A stretch of DNA of 64,000 nucleotides from Eremomyces bilateralis CBS 781.70 (taxonomy: Eukaryota): the NCBI GenBank assembly GCA_010015585.1, contig ML975162.1; one strand, 5' to 3'. The translations under genes and the position numbers were made by a program. Positions 1 through 10,300 of the stretch are shown in pieces. The notes under the pieces are model-generated. The model had not been told where the DNA came from, made no database searches, and saw only the letters and a list, made by a program, of their open reading frames with translations. How positions within the stretch are numbered: the first letter of the stretch is position 1; each line of letters begins with the position of its first letter.

Positions 1-1234
1 TCCGCATCCTGGATCGGGTTCTGCCGGCTGACACGGACACGCATTACGGGATACAAGCGCAAGGCCCTCGGCGATCCTTCCGCCAAGCTGTCGGGGGATG
101 CTCCACGGGCGCACTTCACCAACATCTTCTTCAGTGAGATCATCTCGCCACTGCTTCTGATTGTCGTCTGCCTGATCCCGTACTTGTTTATCAACGCACA
201 GACGGGCGTGAACGAAAACAATAACCCCGACAAAGAGCTCGAAGCCACGAACTCGCTCATCCGCGTTGGCATTGTGGCTTTTGCACCCGTCGCCGTCAAC
301 GCTGGCGTTCTTGGAGGGATGTTTGCCCTGGCTTGTTGCGCGGGTCCTTTGCTGTCCATGTGTTGCAAAAAATTCGGCGCTGTCCTTGCCGCCATCGCCC
401 ACGCCATCGCAGTCATCATGCTGCTTGCCTTCTTTGAGGTCATGTTCTTCCTTGAAGGCTGGTCATTCAGCAAAGCCGTGCTCGGAATGATCACGGTCGT
501 TGCTATCCAGCGATTCGTTTACAAGCTGATCATCGCTCTGGCTCTGACGCGTGAATTCAAAGCGGACGCTTCGAACATCGCATGGTGGACGGGCAAATGG
601 TACGCCATGGGTTGGCACACTATCTCTCAGCCGGGCCGTGAATTCCTCTGCAAGATCACTGAGCTTGGCTACTTTGCAGCGGACTTCATCCTAGGACATA
701 TCCTGCTATTCATAATGTTGCCCCCGCTGCTTGTCCCGTATATCGACAAAGTCCATTCGGTTATGCTCTTTTGGCTGCGTCCAAGGTATGTTATGCAACA
801 TTATGTACTTGAAGGCTATCAACTAACGTCCATACAGCCGACAAATTCGACCTCCCATCTATTCCCTCAAGCAGACCAAACTCCGTAAACGACGCGTCAT
901 CCGCTACAGCATCCTGTACTTCACCATGCTGATCGTGTTCATCGCGTTGATTGCCGGACCTCTCGTTGCTGGCGGCGCTCTGAAACTTGAGGAGATGAAA
1001 ATCGAAATGCAGCTCCTGCAGCCTAGCAAGATGGAGAACAATGACACGCGGGGCTACACTAAGACCGGCCGTACACTAGAAGACCCCGAAGCCACTGCCG
1101 GCGGCGGAGGTATCGATAGCACGGAATCCAGTGGCGGCGGTGGCGGTAGCGCCACAGAATCGGCCGGCGCTGATACCACCGACAGTCCATTTGCATCCGA
1201 CAACCCATTCCCCGCACGTTATGTGATGTACTAG
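1..1234 (+). CDS. FKS1: 1,3-beta-glucan synthase paralog, 3' portion only (5' part lies outside the window); exons <1..785 and 838..1234
   Basis: Colinear with 12180-13412 of the full FKS1 (roughly 90% identity by eye). It has the same last intron (GTATGT 786..TACAG 837, branch CTAAC), an open frame, and ends ...[15 protein letters not shown]. Confidence 0.93.
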
Positions 1235-1309
1235 GGGAGCAGTGGACGGGTGCGACGCAGTGAGAGAAAACGAAGAATAAAATGGATTATGCGCGGAAGC
1301 TCTCTCAAG

Positions 1310-1436
1310 ATGGCCAGTACGTGTTTCAACCGGAAGATGATTATTGGGAGCACAGAATACTGATCTATGCAGAATCAAAGAACTCCTCCCAGCATAGCCA
1401 GTCCAAGAAGAATCACCGTAATGGATACGTCGCGAT
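1310..1436 (+). pseudogene. RPL29: Truncated RPL29 pseudogene (exon 1, intron 1, exon 2, start of intron 2)
   Basis: Near-identical to 16692-16821 (MA/KSKNSSQHSQSKKNHRNG). The intron-2 donor GTACGT is mutated to ATACGT at 1425, and homology stops at about 1436. Confidence 0.9.
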
Positions 1437-1514
1437 TAGGGTGGGTGAAGAATTCAATGAAATCTATTGTTGTTTTAATTGGCTGGTGAGATTTGTCCCC
1501 AACATTTTGAGATG

Positions 1515-1650
1515 TCGTATATCTGCAGGGCCGGAGCTGGGCAGGGGACCAGGCTTCGAGATAGAACACACAACTTACACAATACAACTCTGCTGCTTGA
1601 TGATCAAGTTACCCTGAAATCCATATATATTAGCATGTCTCAATGCGACA
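1515..1650 (+). mobile_element. Diverged or partial LTR related to the solo LTR at 1656-1849
   Basis: Shares CGTATATCTGCAGGGCC and ATAGAACACACAACTTACACAATACAAC with 1727-1788 and ends TGCGACA at 1650. The 5' end is not resolvable. Confidence 0.6.
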
Positions 1651-1655
1651 CCACA

Positions 1656-1849
1656 TGTCGCAGACCAAGGCATAATCTATAGGAGCCTAAGGCTACAAAC
1701 TGCATTAATAACCTTGCCATGAGTCTCGTATATCTGCAGGGCCAGGGAACCGGGCATTCACATAGAACACACAACTTACACAATACAACAACTTTGCTGC
1801 TGTCACCAAATCACCTGACCCCAACCATTTTAGCACTGCCCGTGCGACA
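1656..1849 (+). mobile_element. Solo LTR of an LTR retrotransposon (194 bp)
   Basis: TGTCGCA...TGCGACA perfect 7-bp inverted termini (TG..CA), with a near-identical inverted copy at 6269-6466. The 5-bp flanks are CCACA and GAATC. Confidence 0.82.
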
Positions 1850-2311
1850 GAATCTTATCGAGACTGCACAGCCAGAGCCCAGAGAGGTATTAGCCCTCTT
1901 TGGAGCTGATTGGACCGCCACTGGTTGGCAGGGGGGAGCAATCTCGCCGTATTAGACATTGGTGTATCAGGCATGAGTGTTGTCCTCCTTGGACCGTCCG
2001 ATCATCCCTAATTGAAGAAGAGGAGTACAATACAATACATCAGATCTCCAGGGACCAGTACGGACACTCAGTGGAAAGGGAGTAGCATGGAGAAGGACCA
2101 AAGATCGAAAGTCACCCTCCATGGGCAAAATCTCAAGAGTCAAGAGTCAAGACCAATGGTCTTTATTAACTGTACACGCTAATCGCAAGCTAGATCCGAT
2201 GCGAATTGCCCACGATTCTGTGGTATTATTAATGGGATTCTGGAAGGTGTGGAGACGCGGCCGAGATTCTATCCGATCCTCAATTTCCCAGTTCCAACAT
2301 GAAAGAAAATC

Positions 2312-2564
2312 CATGGCCCCTCCGGGGGGGACGAAATTGAGTTACGTCTCTTGGCATTCCCCCAACCATCACCACCATCACAGGCAGGCCCAATTCGCTC
2401 AAAAACAACATAATACCAAAAAGTATACTCTTTTCCTAACTAAGCAACTACTAGAGGTCTGTTTTGGTGAATTCTCCGCCGCGTTCTGGTTAAGATCGTG
2501 GGAACTGTGCATAGGGGAATGCCAAGAAAGGTAACTCAATTTCGTCTCCCCCGGAGGGCACATG
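2312..2564. mobile_element. MITE-like element (about 250 bp) with about 50-bp terminal inverted repeats
   Basis: 2312-2362 CATGGCCCCTCCGGGGGGGACGAAATTGAGTTACGTCTCTTGGCATTCCCC pairs with the reverse complement of 2514-2564 (few mismatches). No clear TSD. Confidence 0.6.
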
Positions 2565-5500
2565 CGGTGTCGAACTGTCAGTCTGTCAAACGTGAAATCT
2601 GAAAACTGAAAAGGAGCTGCAACAGTTCCTGGCTCCTTCGCCTTTCGGGTCGTCCGCCGGTTTTCGACCCCAAATTCCCCCCCTTGGTCGCCTCCCCCCC
2701 TTGGCCCTCGAGCCTCGACCATCAGTCCATCACTTGCTTTGTTCGGATTTCTTACCTCCTCGACCTTTCCTTATTTGGGCTTCCCCTGGAGCCCCTGGTT
2801 CATTTGGGCCGCGCCCCTAACTTACAAAAGGTCAGTGCGCAGAATCCGCCTCGGATCGAGTGGTTGTCATTGGCTGGATTGTCGGATCGAGTGGAGTGAC
2901 CGAGAGTAGGAGTGGTTCGCTGTTGCCCGCTGGGTGCTGGGCTGCTGGCGTTCCAGCACAATGTCGTCAGTCTCCCAACCGAACGTCTGAAATGCGCGAA
3001 CAACGCAGCACTCCAAGTTCTTCAAATCCAACCTGAATGAAGTCCCACCGGTCGGTCAACGTTCAGAATATCCCACGATCAGGTACTACTATCAGTCCGG
3101 ACAGTCCAACCGAACTGGTGTGACGTGTAAAGCGTCCTTTGTAGTCCTGAATCCGTACAAACGATAGAGGCCCACGATGCAATTATCGCGTGGATTGTGG
3201 CTTGTGACTTGTGAGCTACCGCTCAACGGTGGCAAAATGCCGATCTTACTTATAGGAGTCAAGAACCCACAATCATGAATCCAGAGTTCTATCGGATATC
3301 CAGTGTCTCATCGTGCGGTTTCTAAAAGTAGTCTGTAAAATTCATAGCTTCCCCTAGAAAATGGGCATCGATATGGGTCCAAAGGAAGATTTTCACACCA
3401 GTTCCACACACGCGATCAGGGATTCAAAGTAGATCCTAAAAGGACCTACCTTGCTAACTTAACGGTCTCGAATGTACCGTGAATCGAATATCGATCGTGA
3501 AGGGATTTGATGCTGAAGGTTCCGCATGCTGCTGTCCCGACCGCTCCAGAGTCCAAACTCCAGACGTATCAGAATTTATTCAAATCGCTCAACGCCACTG
3601 ACATCGGCTGCAAGAGGTCTGGCGTGCCGGCGGTTTGTCTCTGCAAGATCCGCCCGTGAAGCGCCAGAACGGCTAGGCCCACCTCTGTGGGCTTGTGGCG
3701 CTCTGCTCAACGACAGGAGTTCACGTTTGTATCCCAGCCACGCAGAGTCCCGGGGTTCCAGGAACGATATGAAGTCCGAAGTTCAACGGTCTCTGCTGTA
3801 AGCCTGTGACACAAGAAAAGGGGATGCGTCATTAATAATGCCGGAGAAGCGTGCAACCGAGCAGCAGTCCAGCTCGGGAGCTGTGGTGTGGAATGGACTG
3901 GAGTACTGCATCGTCCTCATGCTATGACGACACATCCTCCTCTACCAACATGTATTTACAAGTATCAAGTATTCAACGGAGTTGGTCGCCCATTATTTTG
4001 CTCTTCCAGTTGTACGATTTCTTTCCAAAGCTCACTCGCTTTCTACAATAAAGAATTCTTGGTATATAATAGCCAAGGAGCCCATATGGCCTTCGATGCG
4101 CCTGCGGTTGACTTTGGGACCGGCGACATGGGTGTTTGGGTGGGTAACAATTAAACACTGTGTGCCCTGCAATTTACCGGATTTCCACAATACAGCAAGT
4201 GGATGGTTGGGCGACGTCACTCTGCGCAGTAAAGAATTAACCGCGCCCTGGATCTCGCCCCACACCTGCCGGTGGCAAACATGAACACCGGATGGTGTGG
4301 GGCGGACATGGGGCACGGTTACCGTCTTCCGTAATATTGGCTACTTTAAGACGAAATTTCTGGACGCTCATCGGGAGACGGGGCCTGCATTTCTAAGCGG
4401 GTCTGAGTTAACCAGGTCCAAGGTGTGGCAAGTGGCAGCTTCATATTCACTGTTCAGTTCTGAGTTCACAGCGAGACAGCCCGACAGGGGTGCGCATTTG
4501 AGGACCAGCCTTGCCAGCGAGTACATATACGTCATCCTTCAATTACTTGGCGGGTATGATATTGGTATTGACTTAACGCTTCCAGAAGACGCATAGATAC
4601 ACATACCGTATCATATCCATCAGAATATCGCTTAGAGGAGACCTGCTGATATCATTCATAAGATTCGTTTGACTAGTTCTCAACGATAGGACCGGCTACC
4701 TCAATCGCTCCATTGACCCAGCAGCCACAGTAGCTAGTGACCCTTCATCTCTCAAGAATGCATCTGGACCGAGGACAATGGTAGTCTCGCGTTCTTACTA
4801 TCAAAATTGGCAGTCGACACAGGTTCCAGTGCCATTCCCATCGGATACCGCCCACCCTGCTAGAACCAGTTCGCTTTGTGGTGGGGACATATCTTTCAAT
4901 GAAAAACTATGGTGTCGAAGGGCTTAGATGCGAGGCGGAGACGCTATCGGTCATGCGTCGGGAGAAATTCCCAGAACTTCAAAAGGAGTTCAGCAGGGAC
5001 TGGGCCTCAGTTGGCAAGTAGGATTTTTGTGCTCAATATAAAATGCGGATTGTAGGTGTTGGATTCCGGTGACTTTCGCATTCTTCTGGTACTATCAAAT
5101 GGAATACCTATTTGCTTTGGTACGGTCCAAGTACTCCCGAGACATGGATGGAAGTTTTTGAATCATGAAGTTCAGTGAGAAGCAGGAGAACTTCTATAGC
5201 CTCCAGAATGGTCCAGCTAGTGGTTGGAAGCCTTATGAACTTGATTGCGGAAACGGCTCATTGAATCTTAGTCAACGGTCAACCGCATATTGAGCCATAA
5301 CCAAGAAGCGGCCTAAGGAGTCGATGAAAAGTGTCCGTTACCCTAACCGCTATACCGGTCGGTAGCTTGACTTAAGAAAGACTGAGATGTAAAGGAGCGA
5401 ACTGATCCTTCCGAACAAGTGAATGGTAGTAGTGTGTTTGGAAAATGGAACATATATTAAGGTCTGCTCAGAAAGAGAAACTCATCTAGTCTTCCTGGGG

Positions 5501-6268
5501 AATTGAGGCACGTTAAGACAGGATTATAGACGTTGAAATGAAATAGGACAGACTTTGGACTTGATTGCCAGGACTTGATTTAACCTCAAAGGCAATGGAT
5601 ATAGTAGACATAGTAATAAGAAATAGAGATAAAGTAAATAAATAGTATGTTGGACGTTGGGAAATGGAAATGTCGCGTTTCAATACTGGTCTAATGATAG
5701 AATCAACATCATCCCTTAACATTATACATAACAATCTTGTGCCCTTGTACTGCGAAAGCAAAATGTTGTGATTTGTAGTCGGTTCTTCCAATTATTTGCC
5801 CGAGCTATACCAGTCTTTTTCAAATAATATTTTTTGTCTCTTTTAAACAAAACGACGGCAAATTGACCTCCATTTTGGGCGGTTTGTGACGCCGTTTTGG
5901 AGGTAAATCTGCCACACTCTGACGCCAATCAGAACTCCCCTTACTCTCCGACATGGATCTCTTCAACATGGATATTCTGTGATAGGTCCCAGGCCTGTGG
6001 CCTGAGCCCCTAAGTGTGGCTGATGGGTTGCGGGCAGATTATCAGAAAAGGAGTCATGTATGAGCAAGTGTGTTAAAATAGCGGAGGAGAGAGCCAATAT
6101 CTCACACACAAAGGTGCGAGGGGATTTCCTCTTTTCTTCTCCCTCTTCAGTTTAGGTCAATGGACCTTGGTAATCGCAGACCTTGCGCATCCAAACCGTG
6201 TGTCACTGCCAAGCTTTACGCATGGGTTAGTCATCCGTACTGGTAATTTACCACCCAGGGAAATGTGG

Positions 6269-6466
6269 TGTCGCACGGGTAGTGCTAAAATGGTTGGGGG
6301 TCAGGTGATTTGGTGACAGCAACAAAGTTGTTGTATTATTATTGTGTCAGTTGTGTGTATGTGAATGCCCGGTTCCCTGGCCCTGCAGATATACAAGACT
6401 CATGGCAAGGTTATTAATGCAGCTTGTAGCCTTAGGCTCCTATAGATTATACCTTGGTCTACGACA
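6269..6466 (-). mobile_element. Solo LTR (198 bp), inverted copy of 1656-1849
   Basis: The reverse complement aligns end to end with 1656-1849 with about 7 substitutions and 3 small indels. Flanks on the + strand are TGTGG and GATTC. Confidence 0.82.
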
Positions 6467-7172
6467 GATTCTCTCAATAATAATAAGATTCCATTTCTCC
6501 ACTCTCAACCCTTGCTTGATCCCCTGTCCTCAACCTGGAGTGTAATAGCAATACACAAAGTATTAAAAAACAAGGCCTATTCCCTGTAAATAACGTGACT
6601 CCTTGTGAGGTGTGCCAGAGGGAGCCCAGAGGTTGTGAGTGCGATTCAGCGGCTGTGCATTTTCACCCTTCGGCCGTCGCAGTTCTGAATTCAGGCTTTC
6701 ACCCTTCACCAGGACCCTTCACGCGCCCCTCGCCCATTTGCCCATCCGCCCACCCACTTCCCCTATCTTTCAACAGAACCTGCCAACAAACCCGCTTCTT
6801 CCTGTTCTCCACTTCCTCCTTCGTCACCCTCTTCTCTTTCTCCCTTCTCTCGTTTCTCTCCTCATCCTCGACTTCCTCTAATCTCCTCCTCCCGGCTTCG
6901 ATTGATTCTGTCCGGGAGACCGCTCTTAACCAACGTTGCGCACCATCCAACCCAGGAGATCTCTCACTCGTTGACTTCTCCTGTCATCTGTCGCTCGCTG
7001 CAAATCATCTCCACAACAACATCATCACGATCTCCCATTTCACATTCCTCAGTGCTGCCTTTCGTTCATTGCGAATTTCCACTGCTGAGTTGATCTCTAC
7101 TCGACGACAATTCTTTCTTGCCGATTAATTCGAGGATCCTGTGCAACTAACTGGTCATGATCCAAGTTTGAA

Positions 7173-7333
7173 GTGAGTGGATCCTTCACCCCAACCTTCC
7201 AAACCGGTTCGCCTGTCAACGCGTTTCAGGAGCAATCCTGAGGCGTGTCCTGCCGCAACCCGCGCCATCAACTTTTACTCACCTGATGTCGTTGAATACT
7301 ATTTGCTGACTTTCGCATCTTGATCCTTCGCAG
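7173..7333 (+). other. Probable 5' UTR intron of FKS1
   Basis: GTGAGT donor at 7173, GCTGAC branch near 7305, and CAG acceptor at 7331-7333, 34 nt before the ATG. Confidence 0.55.
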
Positions 7334-7367
7334 GTTGTCAACTCGTTTTTCTATTCTTTGAGCAGCC

Positions 7368-10300
7368 ATGTCGGGACAACCGCAGCAGGGCTATCACGAC
7401 GACCGTAGCCATGTCCAGGGCCAAGGTCAGGCCACAGGTCAGGCTCACGGTCAGGTCCCGGGCCAGGGCCACGGGGAAGAGGCCTACTACGACGACCACA
7501 ATCAAGCCTATTATGGCCAGCAAGGTTACGATCAGCAACAACAGCCCGGTGATGCATACTATGATGAATCGTACGCCATCCCTCATCGCTCGACTGCCGC
7601 ATGATTTATCCGCTGATTTGACTGCAGAGGCTATTACGACCAGAATGGACAGACACCCCACCCGAATGACACCTACTATGACAATCAAGGCTATCAAGAT
7701 GGCTACTACGACGACCGCTATTACGATCAAGGTCATCCGGACCAGGGAGGACATGGCTATCACGAGTTCGTGTTTTTTGACCCCGCGAACTCAAACCTCA
7801 ACTAACGGCATTGCAGCGGTCAGCCGAGGGGCCACGGGTACGAGGAAGAATCCGAGACTTTCAGCGACTTCACGATGCGCTCCGACATGGCTCGTGGTGC
7901 CGACATGGACTATTACGGACGTGGCGACGAGCAATACAACAGCTACCATGACGGCCACGGACGTGGATACCGCCCGCCATCGTCCCAGATCTCCTACGGC
8001 GCCAATCGCTCGTCGGGTGCGTCCACCCCCATCTATGGCATGGAATATCAAAACGCACTTCCTGCTGGACAGCGCTCAAGGGAGCCGTACCCTGCCTGGA
8101 CTTCGGAGGCCCAGATTCCTCTCTCCAAGGAAGAGATCGAAGACATCTTCCTGGAACTCACCGCAAAGTTTGGCTTCCAGCGAGATAGCATGCGAAACAT
8201 GTACGATCACTTCATGACTCTGCTTGATTCGAGAACGTCTCGTATGCCGCCGAACCAGGCCCTTCTCTCGCTCCATGCCGACTACATTGGCGGCGACAAC
8301 GCCAACTACCGCCGCTGGTACTTTGCGGCGCAGTTAGATCTCGACGATGCTGTTGGATTTTCCAACATGAAACTAGGCAAAACGAACCGTCGAACCCGCA
8401 AGGCCCGCGCCAAAGCGAAGAAGAACGCCCCACAGAATGAAACCGAGACTCTGGAAGCGTTCGAAGGTGACAACAGCTTGGAGGCGGCCGAATACCGTTG
8501 GAAGACGAAGATGAACCGGATGTCTCAGCACGACCGGGTTCGTCAGATCGCTCTCTACCTCCTCTGCTGGGGAGAGGCCAATCAGGTTCGCTTCACACCC
8601 GAGTGTCTCTGTTTCATCTTCAAGTGTGCGGACGACTATCTCAACTCGCCTGCGTGCCAGCAGCGTGTGGAACCGGTGGAGGAGTTCAGCTACCTCAACA
8701 ACGTCATCACTCCGCTCTACCAGTTTATCCGTGATCAAGGATACGAGATCCAGGATGGCAAGTACATTCGTCGCGAACGCGATCATTCCAGCATTATCGG
8801 TTATGACGACATCAACCAACTGTTCTGGTATCCGGAGGGCATCGAGCGAATCGTCCTGGAAGACAAAACCCGTCTCGTCGATCTGAAGCCGGAGGAACGC
8901 TACGTGAAATTGCACGAGGTCCAATGGAAGAAGGTATTCTTCAAGACATATCGAGAGACTCGGTCCTGGTTCCACCTAATGGTCAACTTCAACCGAATCT
9001 GGGTCATCCACATTACCTCATTCTGGTTCTACACCGCCTTCAACTCGCCACAGCTGTACTTGACGGAACCATACGAGCAGCAGATCGACAACCAACCTCC
9101 AAACCCGTACCGTTGGTCTGCCGTCGGTCTCGGTGGTGCCGTTGCCTCGCTCATTATGATCATTGCCACCCTCTGCGAATGGATGTACGTTCCCCGAAAA
9201 TGGGCTGGAGCTCAGCACCTAACCAAGCGACTCTTGTTCCTGATCGTCGTCTTCATTATCAACCTTGCTCCCAGCGTCTACATCTTCTTCATTGCGAAGA
9301 ACAAGACCAGTAAAGTCTCCCACATCCTCGGTATCGTCCAGTTCCTCATTGCCCTGGCCTCGTTCTTCTATTTCTCCATCATGCCGCTTGGTGGGCTTTT
9401 CGGAAGCTACCTCAAGACAAATACGCGCCGCTACGTCGCGAGCCAGACCTTCACCGCAAGCTATCCACGTCTGAAGGGCAACGATATGTGGATGTCGTAT
9501 GGTCTGTGGGTCATGGTATTTGCCGCAAAATTGGCGGAATCGTACATCTACCTCACGCGGTCCTTCCGTGACCCGATTCGAATCTTGTCTACGATGAAGC
9601 TCTCCTCATGCCTTGGCGATGAAATTATCGGCACCATTCTTTGCTACTGGCAACCGAAGGTCCTACTCATCGTCATGTTCTTGACGGATCTGACCCTCTT
9701 CTTCCTCGATACCTACCTGTGGTACATCATATGCAACACCGTCTTCTCCGTCGCTCGTTCTTTCTACCTCGGCGTCTCCATCTGGACCCCATGGCGAAAC
9801 ATCTTCTCTCGTTTGCCGAAGCGTATCTATTCCAAGGTCTTGGCTACGACTGACATGGAAATCAAGTACAAACCGAAAGTCCTCATCTCCCAGATTTGGA
9901 ACGCTGTCGTCATCTCGATGTACCGCGAGCATCTCTTAGCCATCGATCACGTGCAGAAGCTCCTCTATCATCAGGTTCCATCCGAGCAGGAGGGCAAGCG
10001 AACCCTTCGCGCCCCAACCTTCTTCGTCTCGCAGGAAGACCATTCCTTTAAGACCGAGTTCTTTCCGTCTCAGAGCGAGGCGGAACGACGTATCTCCTTC
10101 TTTGCCCAGTCTTTGTCTACTCCAATTCCCGAGCCTCTGCCGGTCGATAACATGCCCACGTTCACGGTTATGATTCCCCACTACGGCGAGAAGATCCTCT
10201 TGTCGCTTCGTGAGATCATCCGAGAGGACGAGCCATATTCCAGAGTCACTCTGTTGGAATACCTCAAGCAGCTCCATCCTCACGAGTGGGATTGCTTCGT

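Noticed and set aside
1282..1617. 111-aa ORF containing ESKNSSQHSQSKKNHRNG
   Set aside because: Chance read-through of the FKS 3' UTR, the RPL29 intron/exon relic and LTR sequence.
3982..4596. About 200 codons in one frame with a single stop inside the inverted segment
   Set aside because: No recognisable transposase, gag/pol or other motif, so it cannot be supported as a gene.
1656..6466. A single DNA transposon with 195-bp TIRs, or an intact LTR retrotransposon
   Set aside because: The outer flanks do not match, each repeat has its own TG..CA inverted ends, the repeats are inverted rather than direct, and there is no internal coding region. Swapped TSDs fit two solo LTRs better.
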